Shown: piece by piece, positions 1 to 12,933 of the stretch | Layout of the letters: each line of letters opens with the position of its first letter | Numbering within the stretch: the stretch's first letter is position 1 | Position numbers and translations under genes: made by a program | Source of the DNA: Cycas panzhihuaensis | Taxonomy: Eukaryota > Plantae > Cycadophyta | Assembly (NCBI GenBank): GCA_023213395.1 | Contig: CM041465.1 | Span: 71,369,741 to 71,433,740, forward strand | Length of the DNA: 64,000 nucleotides | Direction of reading: 5' to 3' | The notes under the pieces: generated by a model | The model's database searches: none | Told to the model about the DNA's origin: nothing | The model's input: only the letters and a program-made list of their open reading frames with translations

Positions 1-1759
1 TCTTAATTATTCCTTATTTAAATGCATACATGTTGGATAAAGATCAAATAAGAGACAAATATGAATTTCTAAAAATAGATAGTGAAGAATCAAAAGGAAA
101 AAGAAGCAACATGTTAATCTTGATAAGATAATTGAAATTGGTGAATTGGCAAAAAGAGCTTAGGATTGGGGGATCTATTAGGTCACCCTTAGAACTCTAT
201 TGGAATAACAAAATCAAAGTCTTGACCCTATTGAAATCAAGTATGCAAATTGGAGGGGGCTTTAAAGAGGAGAAGTTTATTTTTAATATATATTCTACAT
301 ACAAAAATAGACATTAAGTCTAGTGCATCTTTTTTAAATCTTATCCAAGAATGAGATTAGACTTCCATAGGTGACAACATCTAAGATTCTAATACTCTAA
401 TAAGTATCAAAGTGTGAATCATGCTATGATTGGATGTGGGATGTAGACCTCTAACCATATTCCTTAGTTTCTAGATGTTTACCTTAATTGTCGTATTAGA
501 TGAAATAAGATTTTTAACTATCCTACTTTGATGGTGACATTTTTCAATTTTCATACTAAAATAAGACTTGTCTATAATGATTATTCATAAATAATAAGAT
601 TATTTGTATAAAATCTCACTTATTCACGTTGATAGAAGGAGGCTTCGACTACTTTTTCGAGAAGTATGAAATCCTAATGATAGAACTAATATAGAAGATG
701 GGACCAAGAAAAGGTATTAAAAGAGAGATTGTCATTAGAAGTAAGTCAAATGATTCTTATTTGGAGGCTCTATTTTTTCTTATGATATTTTAATTTTTCT
801 TCTTCTTACAAACTTAAGATGATTACTAGGTTGAAGCTAGCACCATCTTATTTTTTTGCATTATTTTCCTTTATGTAATTCCATGTTCTTGGTAAATCAT
901 TACATGTACTTTTAAATAATCTCATTTTTTAACTAAACTATAATAGACAACATGCTCTTTGATATGCGTGAGTGCTATATGAGACCTTATCTACATTAAT
1001 ACATTTTTTGTTAGTTTGTATGAGGGGTATACTTAGACAACCAAAGGGTACATAATATATTTTACATCTAGACTATAGAGTCATATATTTAGATTAAATA
1101 TAGTTTTCTCTGAATTATAACAAATAATAACATTTATTCTTAGACTATTATGAAATCTATTTGATAGATTATTAATGAATAAGTTTCTCCTTGGGGAATT
1201 TAAGTATAATATGTATTGTAGCTTATGGTGGCTAATAGATTATTATAGTGTTCTTTCTCAAGACTCGTTATTAATAGATACATGAATATTAGCTTGGCTT
1301 AGTTGGTAACATTGTATCATCATTAACATTGGGTATTATGAATATGTGATTTATTATATCATTTTTATATCAATATAGGTGATAGCACTGCATACATTTA
1401 ACCATTACTAGCTAAAGCAAGTTATCATCATACTCATATCTATGTATATTATGTATATGCTATATTATATAAGCTAATGGGCATATAATAGAGTTGAATA
1501 TTTTGTAGTTATCTTTATGTTATCTATGCTTAATCATTAAACATATAGAGAAAATCTTATTATAGCCAATCTTTAGGGGTGTATGGTAATAGAGAATAAT
1601 ATTATTATTAAATGTGATTGAGATTTTACAACTATGCCTTTATGGCACTTGACATTCTAAAATTTGTTGCTGGCCTCCTAGGATATTATGATTTGAGTTG
1701 TTTGGTCCAGGAAGTGTTAAGTTCTTTAGAATCTAAGAAATCATATGCTCTGATCTATA

Positions 1760-2103
1760 TATAAAGCAGAATAAATGAACTATGTAATAAAACATATGAA
1801 ATAAACAAGCATAACTCAAATGGACAAAGTACAGGTGAATTTGTTACAATGTAGAGCTCTATTTGGGTAGAGCTCCTACAATAATCATAATCCAATATAT
1901 AATACAATGGTGTGGGGCTTAACTTATTGGAAACCCACCACTATTTTAAGAGATACAATAGGCCAACTAAATAACAAATACGGTAGAACCAATCACATTA
2001 TAAAATATAATTAAATTACAACAAAGGGTTGCCTTAATATTATACAATGTATATTAATTATATGAAATATAAGAAATGATAGGTGTTATTACATCATTTA
2101 ACA
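1760..2103 (-). repeat. Probable 3' LTR of an old Copia element (host of the 2140-9515 insertion); left boundary uncertain
   Basis: Ends in ...TTTAACA (2103), followed by a decayed PPT complement CCATCTC and the end of pol; the rest of that pol resumes at 9516 after the nested element. Confidence 0.45.
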
Positions 2104-2139
2104 CCATCTCTTAATAGAAGCTTCATTTATTTTGATGTC

Positions 2140-2620
2140 TATGAGAATAGGTAACATGCACAATGTCACAGGATCAAAGATATTAATATACACAGGTGAA
2201 ATTAGACATTGCACACATACACATTATTTTGATAAGTGGAAAACCCCTTTTGGGGAAGAAAAACCACCTCACTAATCTAAAATTTTATTGACTTAAAAAA
2301 ATGTATATGAACCCTTGATAATAATACCCTCTACACACGTAAACCAACCTTTGAAACATGATTATAATAGCCTCTTATATTCTTGAAACTAATTCTTAGA
2401 ATCTAGGAAAGACTATTTGTAGAAAAAGAGGTTTGTTGAAATGGGTAGTTACACATTTCAATGACCTTCACATAATAATTAAGAATCAACATAAACTTTA
2501 AAGAACTTTTACATCACTTAAATTTACTTTTACACATGTGATCAAAATATAACATAAAAATTAAACTAATATGAATATAAAACTAACATAAATATAAAGC
2601 TAACATTAACATTCCTAACA
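2140..2620 (-). repeat. E1 3' LTR
   Basis: Direct repeat of 9032-9515 (roughly 90% by eye); T(A/G)TGAGAAT...CCTAACA termini; adjacent PPT. Confidence 0.93.
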
Positions 2621-2699
2621 TCCCCCTTTAATGTTAGCTTTTGTACGATATAGAAAAAGAAAGTCTTCATCATGTTAATCCCCCTTTGATGAAGACTTC

Positions 2700-5600
2700 T
2701 TTTATCTTTAACAAATCTCATAAGTTTAGAAACTTGACTTTAGTCAATGACTTGGTAAGGATATTAACAACCTGTAGATCTGTAGGATAATAAGATAAAT
2801 GAATAATATTATCAGTAACAAGATTACAAATAAAATACTGATGCAATTCTATGTGTTTAGTTCTAGAATGAGCAACTGGATTTGTAGCAATAGCAATAGT
2901 ACCTTGATTATCAACTTTAAGTTCTATAAAAGAGTTAAGAAACATACCAATTTCATTTAAGAGAGATTTGAGTCAAAGTGTTTCTTTACTTGCTTCAACG
3001 AGTGCTCAATATTCAGCTTCAATTATTGATAGGGCTAGAGCCTGCATCTTTTTACTAGACTATGTGATAGGTGAGGAATCTAGAAAAAATACATAACCTA
3101 CAGTGGACTTATGGTCATTTGTGTCACCTGCCCAATTTGAATTAGTATACCTTGTTAAGGTTAGAGGTTTACTACAAGAATTATAAGTTAGTCTATAAAA
3201 AATAATATTTTAAAGATATCGAAGAATATATTTAACAAATTTCCAGTATGATTCATATGGTTTTTGTATATAATATGAACATAAAGCAACAATATAAGAT
3301 ATATCAGGTCAAGTATAAGTTAAATAAATAAGGCTGCCAATAAGCTGCCTATATAAAGTTAGATCACACAAGGGTGTGGAATAATCAGTAGATAATTTTA
3401 CTCCTAATTGTAAAGGATTAGAAACAGGTTTAGCATTTTCCAAGTTAAACTATTTGATTAGGTTTAAAATATATTTTAGTTGGGATATGGTTATTTTTTA
3501 ATTATGTTGGTAAATTTATAATCCAAGAAAATAGTGTAGAAGACCTAGATTAGTCATTTCGAATTTATTCATCAAGGTTATTTTTAGTTGATGAATGTTA
3601 TTAGTTGATAATCTAATGATGATGATATCATCGACATATAGGATTAAAATGGTAAGATTCTTATTTTCATATTTGAAATAGAGATTTGGATTACTAATAT
3701 ATCTAGTGTATCCAATTTGAATTAAATAATCATTAACTTTCGTATACCAAGCTTGAGGAGCTTGTTTTAATCCATAGATTAATTTCTTTAGTTTACAAAC
3801 TAAATTAGGGTTGTCAATAAAACTAGGCAGTTGAGTTATGTAGATTTCTTCTTTGAGATCACCATTTTAAAAAGTGCTATTGACATCCATTTGATAGATT
3901 TCCTAGCTAAATTTAGTTGCTAGAGTAATAATAGTTTTAATGGTATTCATCTTTGTAACATGTGCAAAGGTTTCATTATAATCTATACCATCGATTTGAG
4001 AAAATCCTTTTGCAACTATGCGAGCTTTATGCTTTTCAACAGTGCTTGTTGAATTATATTTTATTCGATAAACCCATTTACAATCAACTACATTTTTTCT
4101 TGGTGGAAGAGGAATGAGATCCCAAGTTGAATTTTTGTTTAAAGCATCAAATTTAACTTGCATAGCTTCCTGCCATACATGATTGTTACTAGCTTGTTTA
4201 AAGGTTTTAGGATCATTGTTAGCCATTATTTTAGCCATTAATGCATAATTAGCATGTAATTTTTAAGCACATGTTCTCTTGGTATCTAAAGGATTATCCA
4301 CGTCAGATCCAACATCAGAAAGTGTTTTCTTTGCCCATATGGGCTGTTTGTTTGTAATTGTTTCTGTAGTTATAGGTTGAGAACAATCTTGAGAGGAAGG
4401 GTCTATTCCGATTGGTTCATATAGAGTCCATTTCTAGACTTGTGTGGATAAGGATTCTATAGTCTTAGGGTCAACTTATTTTTCAGAGGAGTCAACCAAA
4501 TAGGTGTTAGTTAACAGATTTTCAATCAGCAGTTCTACGTAAGTAGAGGTTGAAGACGATCCTTCTTCGTCAAATATTATGTCACGCGAAATTAATATTT
4601 TATGTGTGACTGGATTCAAAAGTCTGGAATCTTTACTTTTTTCATTGTATTCAATGGAGATATATTTTTGACTTTTAGGATCTAGTTTATTACATTTTTC
4701 TTTGGGAATGCGTCCCCACGTAAGACTTCTAAAAATTCTCAGATATTTGACTAAGGGTTTTCGTTCAGACTACTTTTATTCTGGTGTAATATTTTATAAG
4801 GATTTACTAGGTAATCAGTTTAAAAGATAGTTGGAGTAGGCAATTACTTCTGCCTACAACTTTAGGTCAAGATTCTTTGCATGTAACATGCAACGAGTCA
4901 TCTCAACAAGAGTACGGTTCTTGCGTTCAATAACACCATTTTGCTAAGGAGTATAGGCAATGAAACACTAAAATTGAATTTTGTGCTTCTTACAAAAGGA
5001 AGTGAATTTACCACTTAAGTATTCTTTGGCATTATCAGATATGAAATTTTTAATTTTCAAATTTGATTGATTTTCTACAAGTATTTTGAATTCAGTGAAG
5101 ATGTCAAATACTTGATTACGAGTCTTGAGTATGTACACCCAACATTTTCTCAAAAAATCATTAATAAAAATGACGAAATAACAACAGCCAAAATATGATG
5201 TTATATGGAACGATCCACATATATCATAGTGAACAAGTTCAAGTGGAACTTTCGCTCTGAATTAAGTCTTATGTGAAAAGGGATCCATGTGTTGCTTACC
5301 TATTACGTAGGCTTCACAAACACCATAAATAGTATTTAGGGTAGGAAGTCCATGAACCATGTCATGTCTTTTCAGGTATTGAAATTTTCCATAACTAGTA
5401 TGACCAAATCATGCATGCCATAGTTTACTGACTGGGTCAGATTTGGCTATAAAGGTACTAAAGGGCTTTATTTTGTTATTTTGTAAACTCATTAAACTAT
5501 AGAGACCTGTATTGTGATCAACAGGTCCACATGAAATAGGTTTGAATTTATTAAATGGTTCTTTAATAATAAATTTATCTTTCTAGAATTCGACAACAAG

Positions 5601-6862
5601 ATCTTTCTAGAAGATTTGGTAGACAGAAAGAAGATTTGGTAACAAACCAGGTATGTAGAAGATGTCCTTGATTGAACCATCTTTTAAAGTGACATCACCT
5701 AATCCTTTTACTTTAAGTTAGGTTCCACTTCCAAAAGAAATATCTTCTTCAGTGTTAGTTTTAGATTAATAAGTAGATAAATTTTTTTGGTGTCCTGTCA
5801 TATGATGGGAAGCACTAGAGTCAAGGATCCATTGAGGTGATCGATTAAATGGAGCAACAAATACAGAATTTGTTGCTGTTAAAGAGTGATTATGAAAATG
5901 AGGTCAATTTTATGGTCATGATTATGGTTCCTTGGAAGCTTTCCATGCTTTTGAGGCTATTTTACTTCTATAGACGTCAATAATGTGGCCTTTTTATAGT
6001 AGTAGGCACAACTAATGTTTTAAGAAGGATTAACAATATTTTGATTTGGAAGAGACTGATTGGAAGTATTCTGATATTTAAGTAGACCAAAATACTTAGT
6101 ATTGTTTTGAGAATTAGGAGGTGGACCTCTATGAGGTTTCTAGAATTTTGGATTACTATTAAAGTTGTTATGATATTTGGTTTTATTTTGAGGCATAGTT
6201 TTAGAAAACAAAGCCTGAGAAGGATCTTTCAATATTCCTATTTGAATTAATATCATTTGGTGTTCTATTAATTGGTTTGTCAATTAATTAAAAGTTATTG
6301 GAGGATTACCAACTTATTCTTTAGCAGTTTTGAAAAGATTAAAATGTTTTGGTAGTTTATTTATCACAAGACGTATGAGTGTATCATCATCTTCAGCATG
6401 TATGACTATTTATTCTACATCACCTACTTTAATTATAATTTTAATGTAATTGCTTAGATCTTTATTAATTAGTTGGATTTTAGATAAAAAAATCTTCGAC
6501 TTTGAAAAAATCATCATAATTAAGGTCATACAATTACTATTCTAGATATCCAATTGTTGTTTGTCGACCTTATCATATTTTTGCTTAAGAGTATTCAAAA
6601 TAGTGGCTAGATCATATGTATTAGAGAACTACCGATTGATTTCTGGTAAGAGTGTCAACAGGATGGTGCCTAGAGTTGAATCAAAGTTCATCAGATATAT
6701 CATATAGCTTTCCAAAATTGTTTCTTTTATTTTTTTGAATTCACCTATTACATATCGCCATATCTTTTGCTGTTTAAGATGATGGAATATGCGATTACTC
6801 TAGTTGGCATAGTTTGAGCTAGTTAAAACTGGAATTGGAACATAGGTAGTTGTCCCTGGCAT
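2700..6862 (-). pseudogene. Copia gag-pol pseudogene (many stops)
   Basis: ORF track shows RNase H (NPVAHSRTKHIE), RT (CKWVYRIK...KARIVAKGFSQIDGIDYNETF) and integrase (WVYILK...SDNAKEY); protease W-I-L-D-S-S-A near 5830; ATG at 6862 opens MPGTTTYVPIPVLTSSNY. Confidence 0.93.
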
Positions 6863-8227
6863 TAGTACCATGTTGGAAATTGTAAGAATGATTAGAAGTT
6901 TGTTTGAGTCAAAAGATTTAGAAAATCTTGATGAATAACTGTAGGTAAAAAAAAATCACATAAAAAATTTACCAAACATCAGAATAATTCTATTAACATT
7001 TCACAGATATGTTTAAGAAACTAAAAATCATTGTTATATGTTTGGATGCCCTTCCCATAAAAAATTAAATATTCCCCTTTTCTAAAAAAAAGTTAATAGT
7101 CTCCCTTATTAATTAAAGAAATATATTTAAAAAATAAGTTACTTGTTTAATTTTTAAATTAAAAAAAAATAATATAGATGTTATGCAGTCTAATTACCCT
7201 TTAGTTATCTATATAATGACAAAAAGAAAAAAAATTAAATAAAGTTTTAAATGGTTCTCCTTTAGAAAAGAGTTGCCCACTTAAGACGACTTTTTAAAGT
7301 ATTTAGAGATAAGTTTGAGAGAGGGGATGAATAGGAGGTCATAAAAGAATAATTTGGTCCTTTCAAAAAATTAAATATTTAATATAATGCATACATATAT
7401 TTGAGAGAGCTAATTTTAAGTTAACATTAGGATGTAATAATGGGGGTTTAATGTTAACATTAAAAGATAGTAATTGGAGGGAATAATGTTGATTTATAAA
7501 TGTAATAGGGAGGAACAATTTTTGATCTTTAAAGTGTAATAAAGGGGGAATAATTTTAATAATAAAAACGAAGTAAGGGGTAGGGGGGGCTAATGTTAAT
7601 TTATAAATCAATAATAAAGTGTAGGGGGGCTAATGTAATAATAAATATAATAATAAAAGGGAGGTAAATGTAATAAATGTATTATATTATAGTAAGGGGG
7701 GCTAAATGTATTACATTATAGTTGATTGAATATATAAGATTAAATGGTAATGTTTATTATTAATTAAATATTAAGGTTTATTTAATATTGATTCAATTAA
7801 AATTAAGATGGACCCAACAGAGTTATATTTTTTATAACCAAAAAATAAATTAGAAAAGTGTTTAAGTTCCGAGAGGGGGGGAAAGGTAGAAACCCTATCT
7901 ATTTTGACTATTTGTGGCGGTGGTAATCTCTTCGTTTGGTTCATGGAGGTGACATCGACTGGTTATTCATCTTCGAAGGAATGACAGCGAAGGCAGTGAG
8001 ATGATGGAGCTCGATAGCATTGGCTGTTTGTTGGTGTCTTCGACTGGTTTGAGGGAGTGACCGCGAGGTTTATGGAGGCGTTGAGGGTTTGTTGCAAGTT
8101 TGGAATGATGACGTTGAGGTGAGGCCTTCAAGATTCCTCCAACTTATTCACCTCTCCATCCACAGATCCCTTATTCTCAGAGGTTGTAGGCTTATTAGTT
8201 TCCTTCTCCTCCTCAGATGTCACTTTC

Positions 8228-8413
8228 ACTGCCACATATGTTGTAGAGTCAGGCAACCACATCAAGTGCAGTGAGAATGATAGCCCCAACCTTCTCCAGA
8301 GTAAGTTTTCTCCTCAAATCATTCAACTTCTCTTCAACAGAGTGCTTAGAATATTCCAAAGGATTCAAGAAAATAGGTAATACTTCTGACAAAGGACAAT
8401 TCTACCAAATTTC
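8228..8413 (-). pseudogene. Captured fragment of a host Xaa-Pro aminopeptidase (aminopeptidase P2-like)
   Basis: Manual translation EIW*NCPLSEVLPIFLNPLEYSKHSVEEKLNDLRRKLTLEKVGAIILTALDVVA*LYNICGS matches the plant APP2 motif ...HPLEFAGRSV..K..DLR.KL..E.A...I..ALDEVAWLYNIRG (from recall). Confidence 0.82.
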
Positions 8414-9019
8414 TCTCTAGTCAAATGAGCTTTTGTCCTTTCTTCATCGGGTAGGTTCACATTGTTGTGAGGGCAAAACAACTCCAGTTCATGTAAGCAT
8501 GTGAATGCAATCTACAAGCTTCATCTTCAAAGTAGACATTCACTTTTCTTAACTATCTTCTAGGTTGAACAAAGGATCTTCAACCCACAGTCCCTTTCTA
8601 AACAACTGATCTTCACTAGTGCTCTGCCTCCGGTCCATAGGCCAGATTTCTCCTAAACTCTATTATCCTAGTCTTCTGTTATGGGTTCCTATTTGCTCAA
8701 CAAATTTGAAACCCGTCAAATTTCAACCCTAAAATTTGGGTCTTTGGAAAGGTATCCTTCCTTTGAGTCTTAAGACGAACTTAGAATTAGGGGACTTTTG
8801 ATCTCTAAACAACAAACTTAACAGAAGCACACTACCATAATTAAGAAATCAGGTTAATTGTATGGAGCCATAATGAAAATTGGATGGTCACTAGTGATGA
8901 TGATGGTTCTATTAAGTACTAGCAAACCAATATGAACAATGCCAAAACAAATAAGTCAACTCATAGGGAGGTTATCCGAGACTTGAGTTTCTTAAGAACA
9001 GACTTGGAATTCTACTCTA

Positions 9020-9031
9020 GCTTTGATACCA
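9020..9031 (-). promoter_or_regulatory. Primer-binding site (tRNA-iMet type)
   Basis: Reverse complement TGGTATCAAAGC immediately internal to the 5' LTR. Confidence 0.88.
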
Positions 9032-9515
9032 TGTGAGAATAGATAATATACACAATGTCACAAGATCAAAGAAATTAACATACATAGGTGAAATTAGACA
9101 TTGGACATGTACACATTATTTTGACAGGTGGAAAACCCCTTTTGGGGAAGAAAAACCACCTCACTAATCTAAAATTTTATTGACTTAAAATACTATACAC
9201 GAACCCTTGATAATAATACCCTCTACATATGTAAACCAGCCTTTGAAATAGGCTTATGATAGCTTCCTAGATTCTTGAAACCAATTCCTAGAATCTAGGA
9301 GAGGCTATTTGTAGAAAGAGAGGTTCATTGAAATGGGTAGTTGCACATTTCAACGACCTTTACAAAATAATTAAGAATTAACATAAACTTTATTAAAGAA
9401 ATTTTATATCACTTAAATTTACTTTTACACATGTGATCAAAAGATAACATAAAGATTAAACTAATATGAATATAAAACTAACATAAATATAAAGTTAACA
9501 TTAACATTCCTAACA
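9032..9515 (-). repeat. E1 5' LTR
   Basis: TGTGAGAAT...CCTAACA; repeat of 2140-2620; flanked by PBS and TSD. Confidence 0.93.
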
Positions 9516-10689
9516 ATGTCAAAGTCATGTCTAAACCATTCAAACTTTGGTTTACTAAGTGCTTTAGTGAAGATGTCTGTAACCTAGTCTTTAGTTAGAT
9601 AGTAGATGAGATCAACTACTCTATTTTAGATATGTTCATAGATGAAGTGATGATGGACCTCAATGTGCTTGGTTTTGTATACAATATAGGATTCTTTGTC
9701 ATCTTCAATATACTTTAATTGTCGTAATAAAGAATAGTGGGTGCATATTATTAGATTCCACACTTAGTAAGAATCTGTCTAAGTTAAATCAACTTAGTTG
9801 TAGCATGGACAAGTACTTTGCATTCAGATTTAGTGGAGGAAAGGGCAATATTTGGCTACTTCTTTTAGCTCCATGAGACTACAACTGAGTTCATGTCAAA
9901 ATAATAACCTAAAGTTGAGTGGCAAGTATCCTAGCAACCTACCCAATCAACATTTGTATGTCCCTTCAGGATATGGGTGTTAGTTTGGTTATATTCAAGG
10001 CTAAACTAATGTGTAACATAGATATATTTGAGAATGCTAGTGGTAGCTTTCCAATGAGATGTTTTTGGTTATGACATATACCTAGAGCAAATCCCTACTA
10101 TATATGAGACGTGTAAGTGAGTGTGGGTGAGATAAATGAGGCTTCTAACTAACTACTAGTACAAAGTGGGATCAAAAGACTTTCCTTATTTATTTAGGTT
10201 TGGCTTGGTTCTTGTCTCTATGGGAATTGCCATTGACTTATATTCTATCATCTTGAATCTTTCCAAGATGTCATTGGTATACCTTGTTTGAGTTAGAAAG
10301 GTGTGCCATGGTTCTTGCCAAACTTTAATTCTAAGGAAGTAGTGGAGTAACCCAATATCTATCATCTTAAAGTTGATTTTCAATTTTGATTGAAGGCAAG
10401 TAATGCCATTTATATCATTGCCAATGATTACAAGATCACCTACATAAAGAACAATAATTGTGATTAAATTATCTCTAACCTAATTATAGAGATCAATGTC
10501 ACAGGGCCAATGATTGAATCAATGTTAGTTAAATAAGGCATCTATCTTTACATACTAGGCATATGGTACCCATTTGAGTCTATAAAGGGCTTTCTTGAGT
10601 TTGCAAACTAAGGGTTTTTATCTTGAAATAATATATCTAGGGGGTTATTTTAAGAATACCTCTTCTTTAAGCTTGCCATTGAGGAAACC
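9516..10689 (-). pseudogene. RT/RNase H remnant of an older Copia element interrupted by E1 and truncated at about 10689
   Basis: ORF 10186-10383 (FKMIDIGLLHYFLRI...); TKHIEVHHHFI near 9645-9675; DIFTKAL near 9560-9580; LYVGDL and LYRLK motifs. Confidence 0.88.
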
Positions 10690-11126
10690 TCTCATGAAAC
10701 ACCATATACTAGATACTTTAGTTATAATAAGACCTATATTATTATGAAAAGATAATCTTACTAAGCTTGAATAAAATAGGAAGCTTTAAATTATATGGCA
10801 AAATGTTGCATGCTAGAGGATTAAAGTTAAATATAAACACCTGATTGGATTATTATAACCACTAGAAATCCCATAATTGAAGTGGAAAATGATAACTTTG
10901 GATTTTATAAGAGGCTTACTAAGAGGAACTAGATAACATGATATAATTTTAGTTGTTGTAGATAAGATAATATAATCTACACATTTTATATAATTATATT
11001 TGACTAATACAATATCAAACATTATTATAATATTTATGTGGGAGATTATTAAGCTACATGGAGTACCAAAGGTTATACTATTAGACAAGGAAATAAGTGT
11101 ATATAAAAAATTTGAAGATCATTATT
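10690..11126 (+). pseudogene. Ty3/Gypsy integrase, N-terminal part (HHCC region and first catalytic D)
   Basis: Translates SHETPY...GLL*PLEIP*LKWKMITLDFI...HDIILVVVDK...IIKLHGVPKVILLD; continues at 16699 after nested insertions. Confidence 0.85.
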
Positions 11127-12933
11127 TGTTATATGACTAATCTTATAACCAATTAAGATAGAGAAATATAAAGAGAAATAGAAGAAGGGAGAGTTTTAAA
11201 GAACATTCACTAACATAACATCATATCATCATTACAATAGAGTGGGGTATATCTAACACTCATCTCCTTATTATTATATTCCTATCTTTATGTCAATTAA
11301 TCTATTTAATCCTCATATGATAAAGGGTCATAACCCTCTCTAACATGTGGTGAAGGCTTACCACTTACCCTCTCCCCTCAGATGCTTTACCCTCAAAGCA
11401 TCCTAATATATAGATGCATTTAACCACCTCCTACTACTAATGTTCAACTGATAGGTCCATCAAAGGTTATCTAAAAATATACGTATAGAATATAGATCTA
11501 TCCATCCCAAACAGATCTTTATATTCTAAAAACCTCTATGACCTTAGAACCTCAAGCTTGAATGATGTGTTAATAAGGGGTACTTAGTTTATGAGGGCTT
11601 TGTATGATGAGCATGTCTCTTAATAATGTGGGTGTTGATAAGGCCCTACTTTGGTATGTGTTGGAACTTGTGTTGAGTGGTACTCTTCTTTTTCTTTTCC
11701 TATAACTGGTCATGTAGGATGGCAAGTAATTTCTACTACTTACTCTTGATGTTTCTTTTCTCCCTCATCATATTTCTTTCATTCTTGGCTTTGTGGAGTG
11801 GGGAGAATTCTTTATCCTATCTTTTGATTATACCTCTTGAGTATTTAACAAGCTTCTTTTTTACCTTGCTCAAGACTTCACATCTTTTGCCACCAAGAAG
11901 CATTATATTTCATATCGATAACTATTATTAGCCATTTAAACGTATGTAAAAAATAAGACCCATACTACTCTTTAAACTAAAGGTAGCCTCTCCTCATAAA
12001 TATAATGAGGATACTTTAGTCATCTACTCATTATTCCCATAGTCATCATCAAATGATTTTAAATATACATACATATTTATAACCTAGTCATATGTAAAAG
12101 GAGTCATATTTGTATTAATATTGAGGTATGAGCCTTTCTATAGCTATGATAATATGGATTTAGAAGAGAGCAGGGGGTGTCTATAGCCAATTATCCCATA
12201 ATTTTGATGCAAAAATTAAATATTAGACTTCAAGAGTAATAGTTTTGTGACCAAAGTCTGAATGACCAAGAAAAATACAATATGGAACTCTTAAACTTTA
12301 AAATTTTATTTCTAAAAAAATATGGCCCAAAAATACATAGAATATAGATTAAAATTATGGCCTCTAAACTATAATTCCAATGGATTAGTTTGAATTGAAT
12401 TCTAACATCTAGATTAAAGGTTACAACCCTTTTAAGAAATTTATGGCTAGGGTTTCTGGTGGTACTAATAGTACCTACTGATAAAATACTAATAATTTTC
12501 TACTTTAAACTTTGATTGAGCCCAAACACTTCCATTGAAAAGATAATTAAAAAACATATATAATTAAAAAAAAAACATTTGGGTCATTTGGATACTTATA
12601 GCTAAATTTATAACTCCTTGAAGTTGAGCTATCAAATCTATTCTAAAAATATGATGATAAAAAATTAGGATTAAAATTAAATCTGTTATAATTTCTATAA
12701 CGTTTTACTAAATCTATGACTATGACCACTTAAAATTTATGGAATATACCTCTTCATCTTAAATTTTGCAAAAAAAAAAATTATTTTTGCTCCTAACAAG
12801 TAGCACTTCCACATGTTAAAAATCATTTAAAGAAAAATTGGACCTATTTAAACACTTGTAGAAAAAACAAATCCCTAACTCTTATATGGATAGAAAATGG
12901 CTTTGATATTACTTGTTATATGAATAATCCTAT

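Larger units (their letters stand above)
2140..9515 (-). mobile_element. Full-length degenerate Ty1/Copia LTR retrotransposon (E1) with a 2.1-kb cargo-containing leader
   Basis: LTR pair 2140-2620 and 9032-9515; TSD ATGTC at 2135-2139 and 9516-9520; PBS complement GCTTTGATACCA 9020-9031; PPT complement TCCCCCTTT at 2621; gag-PR-IN-RT-RH remnants on the minus strand. Confidence 0.95.

Noticed and set aside
1-1700. Possible retroelement remnants
   Set aside because: No motif I could identify with confidence.
1747-1760. PBS-like GCTCTGATCTA before the old Copia LTR (possible tandem junction)
   Set aside because: Too degenerate, and the LTR start cannot be fixed without a second copy.
7363-7720. 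82-aa ORF and G-run repeats in the E1 leader
   Set aside because: Low-complexity TAATAAAGGGG-type repeats; the ORF is a compositional artefact.
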